From: a bacterium
GTDB taxonomy: Bacteria > SAR324 > NAC60-12
NCBI GenBank assembly: GCA_965205865.1
Contig: CBDBHR010000027.1
Span: 64,001-128,000 of the forward strand
Length of the DNA: 64,000 nt
Direction of reading: 5' to 3'
Part shown: piece after piece, positions 1-9,235 of the stretch
Numbering within the stretch: position 1 is the stretch's first letter
How the letters are laid out: the number at the start of each line of letters is the position of its first letter
Notes under the pieces: generated by a model
Told to the model about the DNA's origin: nothing
Seen by the model: the letters and a program-made list of their open reading frames with translations, nothing else
Database searches by the model: none
Translations under genes and position numbers: made by a program

Positions 1-220
1 TGTCTATACTAACACCCAGAACTTGAGTGTCCGCCGCCTTGAAATCACTGAGTCGTGATTCGATATCCGGCATTTCCTTGCTTCACGTGCCTGTCCAATC
101 CAGTGGATAGAAGGCCAACAATACATTTTTTTCTCCTTTGAATTGGCTCAGGGAGTATTCTTTTCCTCCCAAGTGACTTGCCAATGTAAAATCAGGGGCT
201 TGAGCGCCTACTTCAATCAT
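1..220 (-). CDS. Peroxiredoxin (AhpC/TSA, AhpE-like), probable selenoprotein; 3' end outside window
   Basis: Manual translation from ATG 220 (RBS AAGGAG): MIEVGAQAPDFTLASHLGGKEYSLSQFKGEKNVLLAFYPLDWTGT[UGA]SKEMPDIESRLSDFKAADTQVLGVSID. UGA (85-83) lies at the PxxxTxxC peroxidatic Cys position. Confidence 0.9.
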
Positions 221-779
221 GATTCTCCTTAATTATAAAGTGATTGCCAATAGTTCGTCTCCGTAGATTTTCAAATGTGGTTAAACCGCAAAAATGTCAT
301 CCGGAATCCGGATGATACCTGGAAGATTCCAGGTACAGGTCTGTAGGAGCAGAACTGATGAAGACTGTATAATAGCTCAGTCTTGCTAATTTGCAAGCTC
401 TACTAAAGCCTGTACCAAGCTTGTTTTGCGCAGCAAAATAAGATTGCGAATGGGAAAAGAGTTCGGTTCGAACTTGATTTTACGGTGGAGACTTCGCTAG
501 CGGTAACCGAGTCGAAGGTCCGGTCCCCGATACCCAGTGTCTCGTTGACCAGCGAAATCCAAGCCCCGGCTGTGTAGCGGAAGAACGTTGCGATGCTCTC
601 TGGCTTTGGGCAGGAGTGCGGAGTCCTGAATGGGCAGGTGGCTGAGGATTGATGGCAAACAGATAAATGAAAGAGGACTGCCTGACATCGAGTGAGAGAT
701 TCAGCGGTCTCACCTGGTTCGCAACCAGAGTATTTTCCATGCCTGGTTATAAATAAGGCTCGCTGTTAGCCAATCGCTT

Positions 780-788
780 TGATATACT
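780..788 (+). promoter_or_regulatory. Extended -10 promoter candidate (TGaTATACT) of the Rpn genes
   Basis: GCTTTGATATACTTA is conserved upstream of the Rpn copies starting at 834, 7176 and 47204. Confidence 0.55.
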
Positions 789-833
789 TACTGAAAACAA
801 GTGATTTCTTGTTCCCCTTCTTTTAGGATCGTC

Positions 834-1241
834 ATGTTGAAACATCCCATTTCTCCGACAGTAGATTGTGTCTTCAAGAGCATATTGGGGTCCAAGGAAG
901 ACCAATGGTTGTATTTTTTTAAAGAAGCCGAAAACTGGAAGGAATTACCCGAAATCATCAACACCCCTGAAATGAGGCAAGCAATGGCAGTTTTAAAACG
1001 ATTTTCTGAAAAAGAAGCCGATTATCACTTATACCAAGCCCGCCAAAATGCCATCCGTGAGGAAAAAACAAGGCAAATGCTTTTGGAAGAGGCTCTGCGA
1101 GGAAAGGAAGAGGCCCTGCGGAGGGAAGAAGAGGCCCTGCGGAGGGAAGAAGAGGCCCTGCGGAGGGAAGAAGAGGCAGATGCTAAAGAAAAACGTCTCA
1201 GAGAAATCTTGAAAAAAGCTGGGATAGATCCGGATGTATAA
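834..1241 (+). CDS. Mini-Rpn A: Rpn with an in-frame deletion of the nuclease core (135 aa)
   Basis: MLKHPISPTVDCVFKSILGSKE is fused directly to DQWLYFFKEAENW...; 148 codons are missing relative to 5816-6667. Confidence 0.85.
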   Translation: MLKHPISPTVDCVFKSILGSKEDQWLYFFKEAENWKELPEIINTPEMRQAMAVLKRFSEKEADYHLYQARQNAIREEKTRQMLLEEALRGKEEALRREEEALRREEEALRREEEADAKEKRLREILKKAGIDPDV

Positions 1242-1327
1242 GCTCTTTTTCTTTGGTTTCTCACGACAACCACCTCCGTAGCAGAGACAGGCTCTTCCCC
1301 GTTTTCACGAGGACAAGTTTTGTGCGC

Positions 1328-2299
1328 TTACCAATTGAAAGGGAAGAGCAGTCGGGCCAGGAATCCTCGTTTGCGTTTCCTCTTTGCGGTGCCGTAACTT
1401 CCCTGCCCGCCCCGCAACCTGGGGTCGAACAGGTCCCTGAGGGCGTCACCGAACATGTTGAGGGAATAGACGGTAATCGTCAGGCAAAGCCCGGGCCAGA
1501 GCGCCAGCCAGGGCGCCTGCTCCATGTACTTGCGCCCTTCCCGGCTGAGCAGACTCCCCCAGCTGGGAATCCCGACGGGCAGCCCGTATCCGAGAAAGCT
1601 CAGCGAGGCCTCGGCAATGATGACACCGCCAATGTTGATTGAGAAGATGATGAGGATCGGCGCCATGATATTGGGCAGGACATGCCGTATGAGGATTTGG
1701 CTCGTGGAGGTGCCCACGGCCCGGGCTGCCAGAAAATAGTCATTCTCCTTGACACCAATCACAGCCCCTCGGACGACTCGGGAACCCCCGATGCCTCCGG
1801 TGATGCCCAGCACCACGATGATCTGGAGGAGCCCCTCTCACACGATGGACATGATGGTCAACAAGATCAGCAGCCCCGGGAAGGCCATCCAGGCATCGAC
1901 AAAGCGTTGCGCAGCCAGGTCCACTTTCCCTCCCAGGAATCCGGAAGTGACGCCGATCAGGACAGCGACGAGCACATTGAGCGTGGTCGCAGCCAGACCG
2001 ACCAGCATGGAAACCCGAGCCCCGAAAATCAGACGGCTCAACAAGTCTCGCCCTATATGGTCGGTCCCCAGCGGATACTGGGCGGATGAGCCCGTCATCC
2101 GGTCTCTCAGGTGCATTTCATCAAAGGGATAAGGCGCCAGCGCATCGGCAAAGATCGCCACCAGAATCAAGAGCAAGACGATCATCCCGCAGGCCGTCCC
2201 CAGGGGCTGCTCCTTGAGCAGTCTCATCAGGAAACCCGTCAGCCGTCCCCGTCGCTTGGGCTCACTGACTGTGGATGGTGTTTCATGAGTGTTGTTCAT
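1328..2299 (-). pseudogene. Peptide/nickel ABC permease (DppC/OppC-like) with an in-frame TGA at 1840-1838
   Basis: ORFs 1838-2299 and 1328-1816 are in the same frame. LGTDHIGRD and EAA-like AARAVG motifs; ...SIV*EGLLQ, likely GGA>TGA. Confidence 0.85.
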
Positions 2300-2603
2300 G
2301 TTCTCGATTTTTCTATAATACAGTCCCGGAGGGACGAAAGGGAATAGCCCAGCGATTCATCGCTGGGAAAAGAAACCCCCTCCTCCTCAGCTAGTCCCAG
2401 AGGGACGACACTTCTTCGATCGATCGAGTTACTGCCAAATATAACGCTCATGATGTCAAACATACGTGTTCGGGTTTTAAAATTAATGATTTCAGTGATA
2501 TATAAAAAAGTTTCACTCAATTTGAGGCTATCCACCTAAGGTGAAACAGTCAGTAATTTCATGGAGTTAGATTTTTTAACACCGTAAGGATTGACAGCCT
2601 CTT

Positions 2604-2674
2604 TGTCATCCTCGCGCAGGCGGGGATCCAGGGGATTGAAGCGAACCCTGGATTCTTGTTCAAGCCAGGAATGA
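2604..2674. repeat. REP-like double hairpin GTCATCC..GGATCC / GGATTC..GGAATGAC
   Basis: Same family as the MITE core and 54898-54972. Confidence 0.7.
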
Positions 2675-2864
2675 CAACGCTTGCGGTTGTCGCTAGTTCA
2701 TGATTTTAACATTTTGTCCCACTATAGGTGAGTAGCCCAATTTGATTAAATTTTCACGATTTGCGATAAGAAATTCAACGAAAGTCAGGTTCCCTCCCCT
2801 CCCGATGCACCCCTGCAGATCAAATGTTCTTGTGCGTTCTTGTGCGTTCTTGGCAAAATAACGA

Positions 2865-3862
2865 CTACTCATACCTGACCCTCGGGTCCAAGTAAGCATA
2901 AATCAGGTCGATCATGAGATTGATCCCCACCACCGCAGTGGCGAAGAGCAGGTTGATTCCGGACACCAACGGGTAGTCTCTGATTTCGAGTGCATCCAGC
3001 ATGAGACCCCCTAACCCTGGCAGGACAAATATGTTCTCCATGATCACGGCGCCGCCGATCAGGATCGGCAACTGCAGACCGCAGAGAGGCTGGGCGGCCG
3101 CAGCGCGGCCAATAAGCCTAGCTGAACGCGACACCACCGGGATGAGGGCATTTTTGATGGCGTGCCGGATTACCACGATCCGCTCCTTGAGCCCCTTGGA
3201 CCAGGCGGTGCGGATATAGTCCTGCCGGAGCACCTCCAGCATCATGGTGCGCGTCATCCGCATGGTGGCGGCCGCTGAAGCCGTCCCCAGAATCAGGCTG
3301 GGAATGAGGAACATGCCGAGATTGCCCAGCGGGTCTTCGGAGAAAGGAATCAGCTGCATCGGTGGCGACCAGGACCACCAGATGGCCGGGTAGATCATGA
3401 CCATCAAGCCCAGCCAGAAGTTCGGCGTGGCCAGGCCGATGATGGCGAAGGAGCGCCCCAGTCGGCGGCCGTATTCTGGCGAATCGCCGAGTAGATGCCC
3501 ACCGGCAGTGCGATCAGGAATCCAATGACGAGGGCCAGGACGCCAAGCTCCAGGGTGACGGGCAATCTGGCGAGTATCTTCTCCTCTACTATAAAACCAC
3601 CGAGCAGTGATTCGCCAAGGGTGCCGTGAAGCAAAATACCGCCCACCCAGCGGCCATACTGCACGTAGACCGGCACGTCCAAGCCTAACCTACGCTCAAG
3701 AGCTTCACGGTCGATGGGCCCACTCCCCATGTATGCCAAATCGCCCATCATGATGTCGATGATGTCGCCCGGGATGAAGCGCACGGAGAGAAAGACAAGA
3801 ATCGTCACGATGAACAGCGTGGGGATCATGAGCAGTATCCTCCTGGTGATATACGCGCTCAT
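2865..3862 (-). pseudogene. Peptide/nickel ABC permease (DppB/OppB-like), frameshifted near 3460, with an in-frame insertion near 3079-3130
   Basis: N-half MSAYITRRILLMIPTL...IRQNTAAD and C-half ...DYIRTAWSKGL...LDPRVRYE are in different frames. Confidence 0.85.
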
Positions 3863-3958
3863 TCCCCACACCTCATCGTTGTTCGGTTTAGATGGGACGG
3901 CGGCCTTCCGCCACCGTCCCACCATTCACTGTCTTGTTACTGCTTCTGAAGGCGGATA

Positions 3959-5125
3959 CTAGAAGCCCATCTCCTTCTTCAGATCTTGATCAATCCAGAG
4001 ACGGGCGAAGATGGGAAGTCGGTGCTGGCCCCCAAAGTGAACTTCTCCGTTATAACCTGTGACCCACGGCTGGAGCGCCATGTACTTTCCAGTTTTCGGA
4101 CCCCATACACGGTAGTGACCCTCTATCAGGAACATGTCGACCTCCTTGATCAGCCTCTGCTGTTCTGCAAGGTCGGTCGTGGCTTCAGCCGCTTCGATCT
4201 TGGCGTCTATCTCGGCGTCCCTCACATGGGGGAGGTTCCAATCTGACGTCGAGTGAGCCCAAACGCGGAGTATACTTGGATCAGTATTGAAACCCAGAAT
4301 TGTCATAGCGATACCTTTCAGGGTGCGTGCCGTTACCAGAGGAATAAACTGAGGTCGGTCCAGGTCCCTGATCTCTACATCGATGCCAATTTCCTTCCAG
4401 TATCCTGCGGCTATTTCCGTGTACCCCAAATCGAACTCACCGAAGTGGTTCAAGATCGTCTCGAAGCCATTGGGATAGCCAGCTTCCGCCAGAAGCTGCC
4501 TCGCCCCTTCCGGGTCATAGGCATAGCCTTTCTTGACCTCGTCGGGCCACTCGTCAAACGGCGTGTAGTAGCCTACGGCACCTTCCCCCATGACCCCCTG
4601 AGGTTGCCAGTTTGCAGTGCCCTTGTAGTGGGTATCGCTAATGGTCTTTAGGTCCAACGCCATCTGCATCGCCTTGCGCACCCTGATGTCATCGAATGGC
4701 GGCTGGTCTACCGGGAGGGCGTAAGAGGTTTCCGAACGATCCCACCACGCCATGAGCTGGATGTCAGGATTGGTGCGTATGAGGCTATCGACGATGTCGA
4801 CCGATACGATATCAGAGACACCAGCAGGGAAACCCAGGAAATCGATCCTACCGGAGCGCAGTCCCGCCAGACGTGTCGCTTCCTCCATGATGAAAAGGCC
4901 CACTAACTTGTCAATGTAAGGTAAGCGGTTTTGCGGGTACTTTTCGTCGAAGCCCCAGTAGTCGGGATTCTTGGTGTGGGTGATAGACGTGCCTTGGACC
5001 CAGTCAGTCAGCTCATAGGGCCCAGTGCCGACGAAGTTCCTCCAATCCGAAATGTCGCCGTGTTGCTTGATGACCTCAGGGGGCAATATGAATCCGTAAT
5101 GGTCCTCTACGAGGATCGTTTTCAA
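3959..5125 (-). pseudogene. ABC substrate-binding protein family 5 (SBP1), 5'-truncated
   Basis: VGTGPY and PPFDDIRVRKA motifs; C-terminus WIDQDLKKEMGF. Lacks the signal peptide and N-terminal part found in paralog 53092-54864. Confidence 0.85.
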
Positions 5126-5634
5126 TTCCTCTCACGATATTTTTCAATCGATCGGAAACCCTCTCATTCGCTAAAACAACTTAGCAATGGCATGATCCTA
5201 GCACAACAACCCAATGTCAACCCCCCAAGGCAAAATAAATGCGGGATTCGCAAAAAAACAAAAAATCAATAAATCTGCTCAAATCCGGGGACAGTCAGAA
5301 GCCGTTCAGTTCAATAACATTGAAAAAAGATTCCCGGCAAGGATTCATCGTTTTCACATCCTCCCAGGGTATTGTTCAATCGATCGAGTGGGAACCCTCC
5401 CACAGCTAATTTTGAATCAAACGAGCGGAAGTCATCTCCTTCCCTGAAACAACAAGGCATGATTTCAGCACTACTACGCGGCGCAAAGCCTATAGCAAGT
5501 TTGGATCAGGAGAATTGCGCAACAATGGAGGTCAGCTATAAAAAAATGGAGGTCAGCTATAAAAAAGATATATTGCGGTCCATCTTCGGCATGAGCCAAA
5601 AAGCGAATGTTCGCTCCACAATCCAGCGTTTTTT
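5111..5634 (-). repeat. ~520-bp SBP upstream module (second copy 52351-52854)
   Basis: Reverse-complement alignment; near-identical shadow ORFs 5372-5647 and 52312-52590. Confidence 0.9.
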
Positions 5635-5745
5635 CCAACGGCGATAATGATCGTAAACGCTTTTCCAGGGAGGTAAATCATGGGCAAGCATTCTCCACTG
5701 ACAACCCGTTTTCAGGACATACAAAATCGTATTGACGATGCTATG
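5557..5745 (-). mobile_element. IS5-family transposase remnant, internally deleted
   Basis: N-terminal motif IVNTILYVLKTGCQWRMLAHDLPPWKSVYDHYRRW is fused to the C-terminal motif KRWIVERTFA. Confidence 0.75.
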
Positions 5746-5815
5746 TTTGCTATGAATACTTTTGGCCACGCAGGGGGCGGAACGTGGTTGTCGTGAGAAA
5801 CCAAAGAAAAAGAGC

Positions 5816-6667
5816 TTATACATCCGGATTTATCCCAGCTTTTTTCAAGATTTCTCTGAGACGTTTTTCTTTAGCTTCTGCCTCTTCTTCCCTCCGCAGG
5901 GCCTCTTCTTCCCCTCGTAGGGCCTCTTCTTCCCTCCGCAGTGCCTCTTCCTTTCCTCGTAGGGCATCTTCAAAAAGCATTTGCCTTGTTTTTTCCTCAC
6001 GGATGGCATTTTGGCGGGCTTGGTATAAGTGATAATCGGCTTCTTTTTCAGAAAATCGTTTTAAAACTGCCATTGCTTGCCTCATTTCAGGGGTGTTGAT
6101 GATTTCGGGTAATTCCCTCCAGTTTTCGGCTTCTTTAAAAAAATACAACCATTGGTCTTCCCTGTTTAATGTCTCAGAATACTGCCATTTGTCCAATTCT
6201 AAAACATGGATTGAACAATGCTCCGAGAATCTTTTTTGGTTTTCCTGGTCCACTAATTGGAAGTGATGATGAAAGGCAGGGCTTTCGGGAAACAGGTTGG
6301 GAGTCAGCATCCAAATGGAAATGACCGACCGCAGTTGGGCGAATGCCTCTCCGCTTTGCAGTTGGGATCGATAAATATCGCTCCACATGTAGAGCATCCT
6401 CTCCGGCAAATAAGGAAAAACGGACAATTGAATTTCTATCTGGTAGGTGGTTCTATTTTCATCTTTGGCTTTGACATCGACAATCGTCAATTTGTCCGAA
6501 TAAAACTCGCGTTCATTGTAGGGGTTGAGGATTTCAACATCCAAAATGGGAGACTGCGGAGCCAGCACGCCGTTGAGGAAATCAATCAATAAATTTGTAT
6601 TTTCCTCTGACCCCAAAATGCTCTTAAAGACACAATCTACTGTCGGAGAAATGGGATGTTTCAACAT
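5816..6667 (-). CDS. Rpn family recombination-promoting nuclease / PD-(D/E)xK putative transposase, full length (283 aa)
   Basis: PTVDCVFK...LIDFLN...IVDVKAKD...YQIEIQ motifs; C-terminal EEALR heptad repeats; start ATG 6667 with RBS AAGGA. Confidence 0.9.
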   Translation of the reverse strand: MLKHPISPTVDCVFKSILGSEENTNLLIDFLNGVLAPQSPILDVEILNPYNEREFYSDKLTIVDVKAKDENRTTYQIEIQLSVFPYLPERMLYMWSDIYRSQLQSGEAFAQLRSVISIWMLTPNLFPESPAFHHHFQLVDQENQKRFSEHCSIHVLELDKWQYSETLNREDQWLYFFKEAENWRELPEIINTPEMRQAMAVLKRFSEKEADYHLYQARQNAIREEKTRQMLFEDALRGKEEALRREEEALRGEEEALRREEEAEAKEKRLREILKKAGINPDV

Positions 6668-6774
6668 GACAATCCTTAAAGAGGGGAACAAGAAATCACT
6701 TGTTTTTGCTATGAATACTTTTGGCCACGCAGGGGGCGGAACGTGGTTGTCGTGAGAAACCAAAAAAAAAGAGC

Positions 6775-7176
6775 TTATACATCCGAATCTATCCCAGCTT
6801 TTTTCAAGATTTTTCTGAGACGTTTTTCTTTAGAATCTGCCTCTTCTTCCCTCCGCAGTGCCTCTTCTTCCCTCCGCAGAGCCTCTTCCTTACCTCGCAG
6901 AGCCTCTTCCTTACCTCGCAGAGCCTCTTCCTTACCTCGCAAGGCTTCTTCCAAAAGCATTTGCCTTGTTTTTTCCTCACGCAAGGCATTTTGACGGGCT
7001 TGGTATAAGTGATAATTGGCTTCTTTTTCAGAAAATCGTTCTAAGACTGCCATTGCTTGCCTCATTTCAGGGGTGTTGATGATTTCGGGTAGTTCCTTCC
7101 AGTTTGCGGCTTCTTTTGACCCCAATATGCTCTTGAAGACTCAATCTACTGTCGGAGAAATGGGATGTTTCAACAT
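6775..7176 (-). pseudogene. Mini-Rpn B: 157-codon in-frame deletion plus TGA at codon 12; C-terminal ORF 6775-7053 intact
   Basis: GAT TGA GTC at 7143-7141 where the paralogs have TGT; junction ILGSKE|AANWKE. Confidence 0.85.
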
Positions 7177-7403
7177 GACAATCCTTAAAGAAGGGAAACA
7201 AGAAATCACTTGTTTTCAGTAAGTATATCAAAGCGATTGGCTAACAGCGAGCCTTATTTGTAACCAGGCATGGAAAATACTCTGGTTGCGAATCAGGTGA
7301 GACCGCTGAATCTCTCACTCGATGTCAGGCAGTCCTCTTTCATTTATCTGTTTGCCATCAATCCTCAGCCACCTGCCCATTCAGGACCCCGCACTCCTGC
7401 CCA

Positions 7404-9008
7404 AAGCCAGAGAGCATCGCAACGTTCTTCCGCTACACCGCCGGGGCTTGGATTTCGCTGGTCAACGAGACACTGGGTATCGGGGACTGGACCTTCGACC
7501 GCAGCGTGTTCGCCTTTGACACGCTATACCTGCCCAATGAAGTCATCACCGGGCACCTGGCTGAGAGCTGGGAGCACCCGGATCCTTTTACCTACGTGTT
7601 CAAGCTCCGCGACGATGTCTTCTGGCATAACAAGGCGCCCATGAACGGTCGACCCTTGAACGCGCACGATATCGAATACACATGGCAGCGGCTCCTGGGG
7701 TTGAGCGGCGGTGAGCCGAGCCCGGATATTGCGGTAGTCGGCGACCTCGCGAAGATTCCCTTCGACTCGGTTACCGCTAGCGACGACTCCACCGTGGTAT
7801 TCAAGTTGAAAGAGCCGAGTCTCATCGCCTTGAGATCCATGCTCGTGGGAGAACATACCTTCGTCATCGCTCGCGAGGTGGTCGAGCAATATGGGGACAT
7901 CCAAGACTGGCGTAATGTGGTCGGGACGGGGCCCTATCAACTGACCGATGTGCTGGAGGGCAGCAGCTGGACCTACACCAAGAATGATGACTACTGGGGA
8001 ACCGACCCGAAGTATCCCGAATACCGCATGCCCTATGCGGACTCGGTGGAGTACGTGATCATCAACGACCCCGCGGCCAAACTGTCCTTGATGCGCTCGG
8101 GGCAGGCGGATTATATGGGGTTCGCTTACCTCTCACATCTCACCAGCATCGACCAGGCGGTCAGTCTGCAGAAAACCAATCCCGAGCTGGTGCTGCACCC
8201 GTTTTCGTTTCGCGCGGAGACGGGGTTCAGTTGGAACAACCAGAAGGAGCCCTGGAGCGACATCCGGGTACGCCGGGCCTTCAACATGGCCGTCGACATC
8301 GAGTCCATCGCCCGGAACTACATGCAGGGTTGGGGTGATGCGAGCCTGGTCGGTCCAATTGGCAAGAGCGTGGTCGGGTAATTCATGCCGGCCGAGCAGT
8401 GGCCTGACGAGGTCAAGCAGTGGTATCGGTATGACCCCGAGGCGGCCGAAAAGCTGCTGGATGAGGCCGGCTATCCGCGTGGCGCAGACGGTAAGCGCAT
8501 GAGCGTCATCTTTCAGAAATACGAGTTCGTCGACCTCGGTTACTACCAGATCGCCATGGATTATCTCCGGCAGATTGGCATCGATGTGGAGATCCGGATC
8601 GTACCCCGCGCGGAATGGGGCAAAATGGGCCAGGAGCAATCTTTTATCGACTTGCACTCCGAGGTTTGGGCCGCCGAATATGGCACGCCCACGGGCCCGA
8701 TCGCTCCCTATTGGTCGCAAAACGGATGGCGCCCTCAGAATGTCAACGACGCCATGTTTGACAAGTACTTCGAAAACGCGCTGGCCGCTACCACGCTAGA
8801 GGAACAGGAGAAATGGCTGCAGAAGGCCGACCTGCGAGTCGCCGAGATGCTGTGGGTGATCAGGGGGCCACTGGCGCCGCTGTTCGGTGCCACCCGGCTG
8901 TGGATCAAGGGATACAACGGGGAAACCGATCTCGGCATAACTGTCAACAAATCCTGGCTCGCCTTAATCTGGGTCGACCAGGAGCTGAAGAAAGAGATGG
9001 GCTACTAG
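7404..9008 (+). pseudogene. ABC substrate-binding protein family 5 (SBP2), 5'-truncated, in-frame TAA at 8379-8381
   Basis: Homology starts near PESIATFFRY...LGIGDW; VVG*FMP where Tyr is expected; ends WVDQELKKEMGY. Confidence 0.85.
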
Positions 9009-9075
9009 TCCTCGCCTCCAGGATGGGGAACTGCTTCAGCGGTCCCCTGTCTTCTCTCTCGAAACTTCCTGATCA

Positions 9076-9132
9076 ACCTGAGTTCGACATAAATCTTCAA
9101 TAATATGAGTATCCTAGTGTATATGTCATCCT
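9076..9132 (+). mobile_element. Truncated left end of the ACCTGAGTTCG MITE
   Basis: Matches 22647-22703 and stops at the start of the REP hairpin. Confidence 0.85.
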
Positions 9133-9235
9133 TTGGAGCCGAGATGAACTATACCGATAGTCGATGTTTTGTTGATACGATCATTTTCCTCTGCTCCCTT
9201 GATGAAGACTCGCTAAAAAAGCAGAAGACTGCCCC

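Larger units (their letters stand above)
482..1273. repeat. Left copy of an inverted duplication (partner 6743-7795): SBP gene fragment + Rpn promoter + mini-Rpn
   Basis: The reverse complement aligns nearly base for base with 6743-7499, then jumps to 7759-7795. Confidence 0.92.

Noticed and set aside
480-740. Duplicated ORF MENTLVANQ... (also 7270-7644)
   Set aside because: It runs out of frame across the SBP remnant; its conservation is explained by the DNA duplication.
7141-7143. Selenocysteine in mini-Rpn B (TGA at a Cys codon)
   Set aside because: Not a redox motif, no convincing SECIS hairpin follows, and a single-base nonsense change is simpler.
834-7176. Diversity-generating retroelement (template/variable repeat pair)
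   Set aside because: No reverse transcriptase; differences between copies are repeat-number changes and mixed substitutions, not adenine-specific.
1838-8381. Alternative genetic code to explain internal stops
   Set aside because: The internal stops replace different residues (Gly, Cys, Tyr), include TAA and co-occur with frameshifts. TGA terminates many intact genes in the window.
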